The notes beneath the pieces were generated by a model. That model made no database searches. It worked only from the letters and a program-made list of their open reading frames with translations, and was not told the origin of the DNA. A stretch of DNA of 47,716 bases, from positions 1 through 47,716 of IMG/VR virus record IMGVR_UViG_3300027326_000001, one strand, 5' to 3'. This document shows positions 1 through 7,939 of the stretch, piece after piece (position 1 is the stretch's first letter; each line of letters begins with the position of its first letter). The stretch is from a virus. Its lineage: Duplodnaviria; Caudoviricetes. Position numbers and translations under genes: made by a program.

Positions 1-99
1 CGTCTCCAAAAATCCGTTCGATGTCACCATTTTGGCGCATAGCGGCCATTTGCTTACGTAAATCCATAAAACTACCTTGTGGAGCATTCATACGATACG
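1..99. repeat. Terminal 99-bp direct repeat, copy 1 (circular assembly overlap)
   Basis: Bases 1-99 (cgtctccaaa...atacgatacg) are identical to 47618-47716. The TerL reading frame runs through the join. Confidence 0.97.
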
Positions 100-1606
100 A
101 TTTAGCGAAAAATGGGTGCATCGCGCAGAAATAGCGGATCGGGTCATATGCGTGATCGGTAATTTTTTCGTCTCGATCGTCGGAAAATATCGGTTTTCCA
201 TTAATAGTCCCGATTTGCTCGCGTTTTTGCGCTTTAGTTTGTAGAATCGCCTGATAACAACCGATCGAGGATCGACTTACACCGGCGGGTCTTTTAATAA
301 AATAGAGTCTAGGAGCGCCTTCTTTGCCTGTAATGGGATGTTTGACTGTAGCGGAGGGTTTTAAGTATTCGTTAATTCTATTTCTTGTCGCAAGTTCATT
401 ATTATCGGCGGGATTCCAGTAAAGGGAGGGTCCTTCTATTCGCTTATCAGAGTATTCATCGGCATCTGACCAAAATCCACCATATTTCTGATTTTCTTTC
501 TTGAAAATTTGTGGATCAGCCCAATTACCTACATATTTCTCGGGATCTCCATTCTCGTGTGTGGAGAGTGCGGTAATTTCTTTACGATGCTCCGATATTA
601 GACGACCCGGTTCGTAATATTCACGGTATACGAAGAACCAATCCTTATAAGCACAGAACCATAAACAACAAGTAGGAGATGCGTCCCCATGATCTAATAC
701 TCGATATAGTTGACCCGATCGGCGCATTTGCTCGATAAATTCTGAGGTAATTCCGTATCTTCCATACTCTGGATTAGTTGGACCATCGATCTCTAGTATT
801 GACGCCGCATCTATTTCGTGAATCGCTCCGCCTGGAATTCCCCATTTTCCAAATACGAATCGCTGTACCCACACTGGATCATTCGACATCATATCTTTTA
901 ATGTCTCTGGATCTAATGTAGGATTTTCAGTAGAAGACGCCTGAACCATCTCATAGTCTTCGTGATATGTCTCGATCCATTCTAGTGAATCGGGATGATA
1001 TCGCTTGTAGATCCAATGTAGCTCAGAGTCTGGATTACACAGCGGCATTATTTGGGCGGGAACTAAATAGCGGCCAGTTTCAGGATTCTTAGGCCAGTTA
1101 GGATATTGATTGATTAGATAAGGCGGAACTTCTGCTATATCCCACCGACCCACACGAGCACTAAGATGATTATACATATTCTCCGATATTTCCTCGGCTT
1201 GATCGATAATAACGGAGTTAACTTCTAATCCCCTTACTGTTTGTTCATCTGCATCATCTAAGTGCATCCAGAATACTTCGGAACCATTGATAAGCTTGAG
1301 ATAGTTAAGAGAATCCGCTCTGTTCCCTCCTAACTTTGGATCATAAAGCTCTGGTGGACACACTTTGAAAAAGGTGCTCATCGTAGAACGTTTCAAATCT
1401 ACCGTAGAATAGCGACATATAGCCACACGATATTTTGGAAAAGTTCCTAATCTTATCAGAGCCTTAATGGACGCGGCGAAGCTCTTTCCATTTCCATATC
1501 CGCCACTAAAACAAGCGTGTCGTTTAGTTATATTAACAAACTCAGCTTGAGCGGATCTTCCAGTTTTAGGATCTACCAGAAGTTTGAAATTGAATTCTAG
1601 TCCCAC
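1..1606 (-). CDS. terL: Terminase large subunit (N-terminal ~535 codons; continues across the circular join to a stop at 47592)
   Basis: Hand translation from GTG at 1606: MGLEFNFKLL...FSGGYGNGKS (Walker A), VIIDQAEE (Walker B), VLDHGDASPT (RNase H nuclease), TDHAYDPIRY (C-terminal terminase motif). It is missing from the ORF track because it crosses the window end. Confidence 0.95.
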   Translation of the reverse strand, partial: MGLEFNFKLLVDPKTGRSAQAEFVNITKRHACFSGGYGNGKSFAASIKALIRLGTFPKYRVAICRYSTVDLKRSTMSTFFKVCPPELYDPKLGGNRADSLNYLKLINGSEVFWMHLDDADEQTVRGLEVNSVIIDQAEEISENMYNHLSARVGRWDIAEVPPYLINQYPNWPKNPETGRYLVPAQIMPLCNPDSELHWIYKRYHPDSLEWIETYHEDYEMVQASSTENPTLDPETLKDMMSNDPVWVQRFVFGKWGIPGGAIHEIDAASILEIDGPTNPEYGRYGITSEFIEQMRRSGQLYRVLDHGDASPTCCLWFCAYKDWFFVYREYYEPGRLISEHRKEITALSTHENGDPEKYVGNWADPQIFKKENQKYGGFWSDADEYSDKRIEGPSLYWNPADNNELATRNRINEYLKPSATVKHPITGKEGAPRLYFIKRPAGVSRSSIGCYQAILQTKAQKREQIGTINGKPIFSDDRDEKITDHAYDPIRYFCAMHPFFAKSYRMNAPQGSFMDLRKQMAAMRQNGDIERIFGD

Positions 1607-1629
1607 AGTTTGTCAACGATCCGATCCAA

Positions 1630-1926
1630 TCAGAGAGCCGATTCTAACGTAACGCCTTCTTTCGAGTGAGTAGCAGATGGTCCACTAGTAGCCAATTGAC
1701 CAGTATTCTTCATGGCTAATAGTGTCTTCTCAACCGCCTGAGTAATTCCAGCAATATTCTGTGCTAGTGATGGGTGAATTAGTCCCACCGATCCTGCTAC
1801 TAAGAGAGTATTCTGTGCTAACGTAACTACAGTACTCAGTTTCTGAGCCGATTTCCTACCACCGTGTAGGTCCTCAGCTAACTGAATTAGAGCAGGAAGC
1901 AAGTTAAGAAACGCTGCGTATTTCAT
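1630..1926 (-). CDS. Small amphipathic/membrane-associated protein, possibly holin-like
   Basis: 98 aa with hydrophobic N-terminus and 'LIQLAEDLHGGRKSAQKL', reminiscent of LL-H-type holin-like proteins. Function is inferred. Confidence 0.45.
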   Translation of the reverse strand: MKYAAFLNLLPALIQLAEDLHGGRKSAQKLSTVVTLAQNTLLVAGSVGLIHPSLAQNIAGITQAVEKTLLAMKNTGQLATSGPSATHSKEGVTLESAL

Positions 1927-1972
1927 CTTTTACTCAATTCGGCGCGATTCAAAGAATCCTCTTCTAGTAGAA

Positions 1973-2323
1973 TTAAGCATTCTTAGGAGTATTAGCCGAA
2001 ACCGCATCTCCTAATGCAGTTGCACTAGCTCTTAGTTCCTCTGCAAGAGCTGCGATCTCAGTAGGATCATCTTTCAAATCGTCGAGACGCGCTGCGATTC
2101 CCTTAATAAGTTCAATCGCGGACGCTTCCACAGCGGTATTCGCTGCTACTTGTGCTTTCAATTCGTTTAGTGTCATTGTAATAACTTCTCCCTTACTCAT
2201 CAACTTAGCTAACATTCGCTCGATTTCATTCAACTGATTTTCGTAAACTGGACTATTGCTTAACCAAATTTTAACATTTATATCCATTTTTATTAGTCCA
2301 AAACTTGATCTATAGTGGATCAA
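1973..2323 (-). CDS. Coiled-coil Ala-rich phage protein ending in ANTP (true start probably the MDINVK ATG)
   Basis: 'LKAQVAANTAVEASAIELIKGIAARL...ALGDAVSANTP' matches a recurrent phage hypothetical family as I recall it. Confidence 0.65.
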   Translation of the reverse strand: MIHYRSSFGLIKMDINVKIWLSNSPVYENQLNEIERMLAKLMSKGEVITMTLNELKAQVAANTAVEASAIELIKGIAARLDDLKDDPTEIAALAEELRASATALGDAVSANTPKNA

Positions 2324-2325
2324 TT

Positions 2326-2634
2326 TTAGTTCACTACTTTCTTAGCTATTGACCAGAGCTCATTTTGCGGGCGGGGAGACTCTTTAATCGTATGAATTGC
2401 CAGTTTCTTGTTAACTTCTTTAAAATATGCTACAAACCAGAGTCCTAACCGACGTAATTCGAGTAAGTCCCTAACTATCTTAGGTGGAACTAAACTACCA
2501 GCACCTACGGCGTACGCGATCTCATGAGTATGACCACTGAGATTAATAAAATTAAACTGATACACGTCGTAGATTGACTTACGTCCCATTCTAAGACCAG
2601 CTACTCTTATCGTATTGTCACCTGAGCGTATCAT
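2326..2634 (-). CDS. Hypothetical protein
   Basis: 102-aa ORF with ATGA overlap to the upstream gene, in a tightly packed operon. Confidence 0.7.
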   Translation of the reverse strand: MIRSGDNTIRVAGLRMGRKSIYDVYQFNFINLSGHTHEIAYAVGAGSLVPPKIVRDLLELRRLGLWFVAYFKEVNKKLAIHTIKESPRPQNELWSIAKKVVN

Positions 2635-3041
2635 TCATTCAAATAAGCAGTGTAAAATGCTTCCACTACCGCACAAAATAGGTAATCTTTCATCTTCTGT
2701 TCGATAGGAAGTTGACTATATGGGACAAATTCAGGATGTTCTCTCAATTCAGGATTCTTGATTGGACCGAATTTCCAACCTTCCGCCTCTTTTTCTGCTA
2801 ACCAAACGTTATGGGATGCGGATGGTTCCGGTTTCTGTCCCTTAGTTAAACTATCGAGATGAAATAACACACCGGACATAGCGGATTTTCTCTGCCATTC
2901 TGGCGCTGAGAACCAATCCGTCTGAGATTTGTCTCCGATTAGCTCACAATAAGATTTATTAGTTTCGTGAGCGATTCTAGCAATGTCTTCCAGTTTATAT
3001 TTCAAAGATTCAGCTAGCATGATATCCTCGATTTTACTCAA
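2631..3041 (-). CDS. RyR-domain protein
   Basis: IARIAHE...W...SHNVWLAEKEAEGWKFGPIKNPELREHPEFVPYSQLPIEQKMKD matches the RyR repeat consensus (H..W...K...GW.YG......HP.LVPY..L....K.KD). Confidence 0.88.
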   Translation of the reverse strand: MSKIEDIMLAESLKYKLEDIARIAHETNKSYCELIGDKSQTDWFSAPEWQRKSAMSGVLFHLDSLTKGQKPEPSASHNVWLAEKEAEGWKFGPIKNPELREHPEFVPYSQLPIEQKMKDYLFCAVVEAFYTAYLNE

Positions 3042-3066
3042 TTAGGTTCCATTCAGTTTCCTCTGA

Positions 3067-3375
3067 CTAAAGGGCACTAATATGCTCCTCGCGCCAATCT
3101 AAATCTTCTAAGAATGGCTGACAATGTACGAATCGATATCTCATTTTAGAACAATAAGTCTGTGCTCGTTGAACCGCGGCGAATTTAGCATTCTTGTAAT
3201 ATCGCGGATCGGACTGATCTCCACTAAACTTAAAAGCGAAGAATCGCGTAACTAAATTCGACCCATCCTTATAGATGATCTGATAAATATCCGTGAGTTT
3301 AGGAGTCCAACCAAGCTGGAGTAGTCCTTCATCGGCCAAGTGGTCTATTTCAGAATTAGCGGTAAGTTCATTCAT
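3067..3375 (-). CDS. Hypothetical protein
   Basis: 102-aa ORF adjacent to neighbours in the late operon. Confidence 0.7.
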   Translation of the reverse strand: MNELTANSEIDHLADEGLLQLGWTPKLTDIYQIIYKDGSNLVTRFFAFKFSGDQSDPRYYKNAKFAAVQRAQTYCSKMRYRFVHCQPFLEDLDWREEHISAL

Positions 3376-3376
3376 A

Positions 3377-3658
3377 TTAATCTAAGTCAGGAAGTTTAAT
3401 TCCCTTGGTAATGGAGCGAAACCAAAATGGCGCCTCTCGACTATTGTACACCCATTCGAATAAATCGTGAGCCATTTTAGCAGGGCCTTCATTGATACTA
3501 TTCAGGTGGCCTGTTTGGAATCCTTCTTGTGTATCCGATACCAGAAAATCGTAGAAGAGAATAGCTTTTTCAATACTCTCTCCTGTTGCCATAACCAGAT
3601 CCCAGAACATTCTAGGAACCGTAATTGAGCGTAGTTCCCTTAATTCAGCCATTACCAA
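3377..3658 (-). CDS. Hypothetical protein
   Basis: 93-aa ORF with AAGGAG RBS, overlapping the stop of the upstream gene. Confidence 0.7.
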   Translation of the reverse strand: MVMAELRELRSITVPRMFWDLVMATGESIEKAILFYDFLVSDTQEGFQTGHLNSINEGPAKMAHDLFEWVYNSREAPFWFRSITKGIKLPDLD

Positions 3659-4137
3659 GACTCCTTAGTTTGATTTAAGTTACTTCCCAGAGAATCGACA
3701 TCGATCGAGCCCGCGCCCGGTACTAAGACATTTTGCATATTGACTTGAGGGGAATTAATAAGGAAGGTGATATTCGGCGCGGTCTTCGTTTCTGACTTAG
3801 ATTGAGCTACCATCGCGGGATGCATATGAAGTTGGAGAGCTATCTTAGCAGCAGTCAATTTCACGGAATCGGTTTCTCCTGAATCCATGATAATAGCTAT
3901 TCGAGCCAGAACTGAGCGCGCGTCCAGTCCTACCGAATCCATGATTCCTAAGAAATGACCTTCTATTCCATCCGCGGTCTTGATAATACCGGATTTCTTT
4001 AGGAGTTCAACTTCCTTAGAATATTCGTCTCCTCTTTTCTTAGGAATAGAAGAACTACCTCCGGTTCCATATTCGGAGAACCGATCCGTATATTCCTCGG
4101 GTTCGTCGTTGGATCGTAGCGGATTCAGTAAACTCAT
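3652..4137 (-). CDS. Probable terminase small subunit
   Basis: First substantial late gene upstream of TerL. It has the helical hairpin 'VLARIAIIMDSGETDSVKLTAAKIAL' followed by a C-terminal beta strand 'PNITFLIN', a typical TerS oligomerisation layout. Confidence 0.55.
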   Translation of the reverse strand: MSLLNPLRSNDEPEEYTDRFSEYGTGGSSSIPKKRGDEYSKEVELLKKSGIIKTADGIEGHFLGIMDSVGLDARSVLARIAIIMDSGETDSVKLTAAKIALQLHMHPAMVAQSKSETKTAPNITFLINSPQVNMQNVLVPGAGSIDVDSLGSNLNQTKESW

Positions 4138-4176
4138 CTTCTTACCTATTAAGCGGATCAGCGAAAGCGGCGCGAT

Positions 4177-4383
4177 TCAAACAGTAGTTCTAATACTAGT
4201 AACAAGTAAAATAGTATTAGTAGTCGAAGAAGTCCCACTAGAAACTAAACTACTTACTAATTCAACTTTCTCTAACGTAACAGACGTAGAACGATTCAGT
4301 AATCGTCGAAGCGGACTTGCGTCCAATTTAGTTTCCCTATATTCGTCCTCCCATTCAAGTAATTTAATTTCAGTGGGACTCAT
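4177..4383 (-). CDS. Possible short Ser/Thr-rich protein
   Basis: 68-aa ATG ORF just downstream of the late promoter. Low complexity; could be a non-coding leader. Confidence 0.3.
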   Translation of the reverse strand: MSPTEIKLLEWEDEYRETKLDASPLRRLLNRSTSVTLEKVELVSSLVSSGTSSTTNTILLVTSIRTTV

Positions 4384-4489
4384 TTTCGTACTCGACTTTC
4401 TCTTAGAACCGTGATGAGGAACTAGATTACTAATTATTGATACTCCGTAGAGTTACCGAAATCCTAACTAATAATCTAGTATTTGATCT

Positions 4490-4518
4490 AACATATCACC
4501 ACCTTCGGAGGGTGTCAA
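4490..4518 (-). promoter_or_regulatory. Sigma70-type promoter for the late/packaging arm
   Basis: Minus strand TTGACA-N17-TATGTT with TG extended -10. Confidence 0.7.
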
Positions 4519-4809
4519 GCATTCTTTTCTCCTTTAGAATCAATGTTTTATCTTCGTCAGTACTACCAGAGGGTACTAGGGTGAAGTACCTACGGTTCTG
4601 GTTAAGAATTAGATTTTCCATAACTAGAATCTATCGCAGCTACTACGGTTCTAGTTAGTTCTTAGAAAAAATCTAACTCTAGTAATGGAATTGAGTATTT
4701 CTAGAAAAAAATTCTAAAAATTCTAGTCGAAGGTTTATTAAGGGGTTTATTTAGCTGGCCGCGACTCTCAATACGACCGGATCGGTACTAATTTGGGAGT
4801 ACGGGTGGG

Positions 4810-4920
4810 TAGTACTACGAGTTCTATACGTACTATGAATACTAGAACTACTATACGTACTGCGTACTGGTAATACTATGAGTACTATGAATACTATACG
4901 TACTAGAACCACTCACTATG
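4810..4920. repeat. Degenerate short tandem array of TACTA(TGAA/TACG/GAAC) units
   Basis: gtactacga...ctatacgtactatgaatactagaactactatacgtactgcgtactggtaatactatgagtactatgaatactatacgtactagaacc. Confidence 0.75.
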
Positions 4921-5016
4921 GAGCGCAACGTGCTACACCCCGCGCGATCTAACTATTACCTCTACGTTAGCGTTACCTTTTAGAATCGACCTAGTTCCTA
5001 TACCAGCGCGAGCGCG

Positions 5017-5067
5017 TTAGCGGTAAATTAGCGGTAACGTTAGCGGTACGAATACATCTTAGCGGTC
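5017..5067. repeat. Four TTAGCGGT direct repeats
   Basis: TTAGCGGT at 5017, 5028, 5040 and 5059. Confidence 0.85.
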
Positions 5068-5289
5068 TTCCTAATATTGGTTACGAGCTAATTCGTAAAA
5101 ATCGATTATCTACTTCGGCCTATGAAACGGAGTGATGGAGTGGCCCGTCTTGCCACCTAACAGGCTCTAGGTTCAATCGCTTGACTAGGGTTGAGACTCA
5201 ATGCTGGAGCAGTCGCCAGACCAATGAAGGGGCTCCTATGAAGTTATGAATTATGGGGATTCTAAACGAGAATTGACCTATAAACGCAG

Positions 5290-5325
5290 AAATCCCCCAA
5301 CTACTTAGAGTAGCTAGGGGATTTT
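5290..5325. terminator. Intrinsic terminator-like hairpin closing the leftward early cassette
   Basis: aaatcccc-caactac-ttaga-gtagcta-ggggatttt inverted repeat, just downstream of the 5363 gene stop. Confidence 0.7.
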
Positions 5326-5362
5326 AATATCGCGGAACTGATGTTGGATTACGCTTCGCGCC

Positions 5363-5818
5363 TTAATAATCTGACCTGTTTTCCATATATTCAACGTACC
5401 GTTCGTCTTCATTCCAATGTTCGTAGGGTCGCATCATACGGGCGCCGATTCGTTCGAGCTTATCCTCGATTAACTCGATTTCCAATTCCTGTTCCACTCT
5501 CTTTTCGTCCCTACGCTCACGATCCTTACGCTCACTCTCACATTCCGTAAGCTCAGTAGTTGAAGCGCATAGCGCACACAGCCCGTTGCTATCATCTTTA
5601 TTACAGACGTGATTATTCTTGAGGCAGAACTCACATTCGCAATCTTCGTACCTATCGTAATCGTAACCATTCTCCATATCGGACTGCCGATTAAAATAGC
5701 GTTCTTCTTCCAGCGATTTCAACTCGCTCCACTTTTTAGCGAGTGTGACTGCCCTAATCCTATCTTCCTCCGAGTGTTCAATCGTTTCGTCAATCCATGC
5801 GTAAGAACGGCTAACCAT
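5363..5818 (-). CDS. Hypothetical early protein, acidic with Cys cluster
   Basis: 151 aa with CxCxxC...C...CxxC. Has its own promoter and AGGAG RBS. Confidence 0.75.
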   Translation of the reverse strand: MVSRSYAWIDETIEHSEEDRIRAVTLAKKWSELKSLEEERYFNRQSDMENGYDYDRYEDCECEFCLKNNHVCNKDDSNGLCALCASTTELTECESERKDRERRDEKRVEQELEIELIEDKLERIGARMMRPYEHWNEDERYVEYMENRSDY

Positions 5819-5839
5819 ACGTTTAATCTCCTAGGAACT

Positions 5840-5868
5840 ACTTTAACCTAGTATTGAACTGGAGTCAA
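5840..5868 (-). promoter_or_regulatory. Sigma70-type early promoter
   Basis: TTGACT-N17-TAAAGT. Confidence 0.8.
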
Positions 5869-5875
5869 CTACTTT

Positions 5876-6061
5876 CTAGAAATTTCTTTCATCCGCTAGG
5901 GCGTCCAGCGTACTAGTGGCACACGTACGACATTCCACTTTCTTAGATTGAGGATAATAGAGGATTTCATCCCCTTTCTTAATGCTAGTCGAACAAGCGG
6001 AGCAGGTCGAATTGAACTTTGCACTCAAAAGGCGCGGAGTCGAATCATGATAGATTTTCAT
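5876..6061 (-). CDS. Small zinc-finger protein
   Basis: AKFNSTCSACSTSIKKGDEILY...CRTC, a PARP-like/treble-clef CxxC...IxxGD...CxxC pattern. AGGAG RBS. Confidence 0.8.
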   Translation of the reverse strand: MKIYHDSTPRLLSAKFNSTCSACSTSIKKGDEILYYPQSKKVECRTCATSTLDALADERNF

Positions 6062-6082
6062 ACTTTCTAATCTCCTAAAACT

Positions 6083-6111
6083 ACTTTAGCCCACTACCGA
6101 ATCAATGTCAA
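6083..6111 (-). promoter_or_regulatory. Sigma70-type early promoter
   Basis: TTGACA-N17-TAAAGT. Confidence 0.85.
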
Positions 6112-6119
6112 CTATTATT

Positions 6120-6332
6120 TTAATGAGAATTGAATTCCTTGACGTTCTCTGCCAGATAGTCTACTAGACTATCGAAATCCGTATCCGACTCGCACCATAC
6201 GTCAATTATTGTAGTATCCTTAGTAGTGGGCACAATACTGACTCTGTATCCCTTAAAGAAAGCCTTTCTCACTACATCCGCTACATAATCCCATTCTTGT
6301 CGCGGTACGACTTGGAGTTGATAGATCCTCAT
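6120..6332 (-). CDS. Hypothetical early protein (start revised to ATG 6332, MRIYQLQ)
   Basis: GAGGA RBS precedes ATG 6332. The track's TTG at 6380 is the -35 box of a promoter. Confidence 0.7.
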   Translation of the reverse strand: MRIYQLQVVPRQEWDYVADVVRKAFFKGYRVSIVPTTKDTTIIDVWCESDTDFDSLVDYLAENVKEFNSH

Positions 6333-6342
6333 TAGTTTTCCT

Positions 6343-6465
6343 CTATCTGAATAATGACACACTAGCGAAACCGAAGTCAACTACCTCGTTGAAATAAATT
6401 ACTAATACTACAAGTAGAGGTACTACGATAAGAAGGGCTACTATGCGATCTACTGTTTTATTCAT
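6343..6465 (-). CDS. 40-aa single-pass membrane protein (not in ORF track)
   Basis: MNKTVDRIVALLIVVPLLVVLVIYFNEVVDFGFASVSLFR*. AGGA RBS; fills the gap exactly. Confidence 0.65.
   Translation of the reverse strand: MNKTVDRIVALLIVVPLLVVLVIYFNEVVDFGFASVSLFR
6351..6380 (-). promoter_or_regulatory. Possible sigma70-type promoter
   Basis: TTGACT-N18-CATTAT, preceded by the same 'TAG' context as the other early -35 boxes. Confidence 0.5.
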
Positions 6466-6474
6466 TTTTCTATC

Positions 6475-6678
6475 CTAACCTATCAACCGCCCGTTATAAT
6501 TTCTACGTTTCAGTTCCAGAACTAGATTAGTTGGCGCATCCTCGAATAGTAGTTGAACATACGCTAGTATTTCATGGTCTGACATATTCTTATAAAACAT
6601 CCATTCTGGTAAGCGATCTGCTATACGATATCTACGCTCGGTATCGTTGAACTCCACTACTAGTTTGTGGGTTATCAT
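6475..6678 (-). CDS. Hypothetical early protein
   Basis: 67 aa, GGAG RBS, own promoter. Confidence 0.7.
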   Translation of the reverse strand: MITHKLVVEFNDTERRYRIADRLPEWMFYKNMSDHEILAYVQLLFEDAPTNLVLELKRRNYNGRLIG

Positions 6679-6698
6679 ACTTTCTCTCCAATTCCACT

Positions 6699-6727
6699 AG
6701 CTTACGCTAGCGTAGCTATTTTGTCAA
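6699..6727 (-). promoter_or_regulatory. Sigma70-type early promoter
   Basis: TTGACA-N17-TAAGCT. Confidence 0.75.
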
Positions 6728-6739
6728 GACTCAATACTA

Positions 6740-6802
6740 AAATAAAATGCTCTACTTCGAATCGCGCCCACTGTAGTGAATCACGTTAGGAAGTAGAGCA
6801 TT
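6740..6802 (-). terminator. Long hairpin followed by a U-rich tract (terminator or processing site)
   Basis: Perfect 13-bp arms aatgctctacttc (6746-6758) / gaagtagagcatt (6790-6802), followed on the minus strand by TTTTATTTT. Confidence 0.75.
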
Positions 6803-6825
6803 CTACTACTTGACCAGTTGAACTA

Positions 6826-7278
6826 TTACGCCGCCGGTTCGTTCTCCGATTCACTCTCGGTCGAGCCGTTACCTTTCTTAGCAGCCTTGATTTCGTCGAA
6901 ATAGTTTTCGTCGATTTCTTTCGGTAATACCTCTGAGCTAACACCCACAGCCGTACTCATATTAGGCATTGCCAATACGATGGTGCGAACCTGAGATTCG
7001 CTCAACGAGGGATTGATACTCTGAAACGCGGCAATCATCTTATCAACTGCCCGCTGTTGCGGAGTCTTATTAGCTAGAGCGTTAGATACCTTAGTACGAA
7101 GTTCAGCCCATCGACCAGCATTAAAGTACGACATAGCTTTCGCCAAATCACCACCGCAAAGCTGGAGCATTTCGTTACCATTCTCGGCATTGCGAAAGCT
7201 AACCTTAGTGGATCGCTGTTCGTCTTTCTGTCCAGGGATTTCAATCGTTCGCGATACTTCAATCTGTTGCGTTTTCAT
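6826..7278 (-). CDS. Hypothetical early protein
   Basis: 150 aa, AGGAG RBS, own promoter and terminator. Confidence 0.85.
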   Translation of the reverse strand: MKTQQIEVSRTIEIPGQKDEQRSTKVSFRNAENGNEMLQLCGGDLAKAMSYFNAGRWAELRTKVSNALANKTPQQRAVDKMIAAFQSINPSLSESQVRTIVLAMPNMSTAVGVSSEVLPKEIDENYFDEIKAAKKGNGSTESESENEPAA

Positions 7279-7337
7279 TTCGTTTCTCCTATTGGCGTTT
7301 TAGGTTTCCGCCGAACCAATCTCTTTATTACTCTCTC

Positions 7338-7366
7338 AGTTTAGATCGAATCCAACCGAATGTCAA
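7338..7366 (-). promoter_or_regulatory. Sigma70-type early promoter
   Basis: TTGACA-N17-TAAACT. Confidence 0.85.
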
Positions 7367-7692
7367 GCTTTTTCTCTGAGACTCGTAAAATAATTCCTGT
7401 AATACTATCTTCGCTTTATCTTCTAGTTTCGCTTTTTCTTCGCGCGGAACGTCTTAGGCGTAGCCTCGTAGTCAGAGGAAATGGTATTAGGATTGCTTCT
7501 CTGCCCTAATCTACCTCGAATCATCGAATTAGTTATTTCGACCTGTTAGTTAATTTTTCGGAGAATTCTAGTCTTTCATTAACTAAAGGTTTCATTTTTA
7601 AGAAATAGGATTTTGCGCACCTAACTTAGTGATTCTAAAGGACCGTTGAATGCAATCGCTTACTGAAAACGGTTACATTCAACGATTTTCCG

Positions 7693-7806
7693 ACCCATCT
7701 TGAACCCATGAAGGACCCAACATGATACCATTTTGCACCTATAAAGGACCCACCACAGACCCAATCGAATTACCTTCAAACCTATGAATTGACCTGAGTT
7801 AACCTC
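7693..7806 (+). repeat. Helically phased ACCYA(T) repeat array (left)
   Basis: ACC starts at 7693, 7704, 7715, 7727, 7737, 7748, 7759, 7772, 7780, 7792 and 7802 (mean spacing ~10.9 bp). Confidence 0.8.
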
Positions 7807-7939
7807 AATTGTACGTACTCGTGTGTATAATGTGGGTGTCGGGCGGCGTCCATCTAGGCAAATGGTCTCTGAAACAGGGGTTGACAATTGACACGCAATG
7901 TAAGGGCCAATCGGGTTGAAGCCTTGACGTCAAGATAGA

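Noticed and set aside
3980-4658. Plus-strand ORFs 3980-4414 and 4437-4658
   Set aside because: TTG starts, antisense to the late arm and overlapping its promoter; treated as shadow ORFs.
4810-5067. Short repeats as a mini-CRISPR array
   Set aside because: Units are 8-10 bp with no 25-40-bp repeats or unique spacers.
5160-5195. GGTTCAATC as a tRNA T-loop
   Set aside because: No acceptor, D or anticodon stems can be built around it.
7660-7887. 75-aa minus-strand ORF
   Set aside because: It overlies the phased repeat array, has no clear RBS and shows atypical composition; more likely non-coding.
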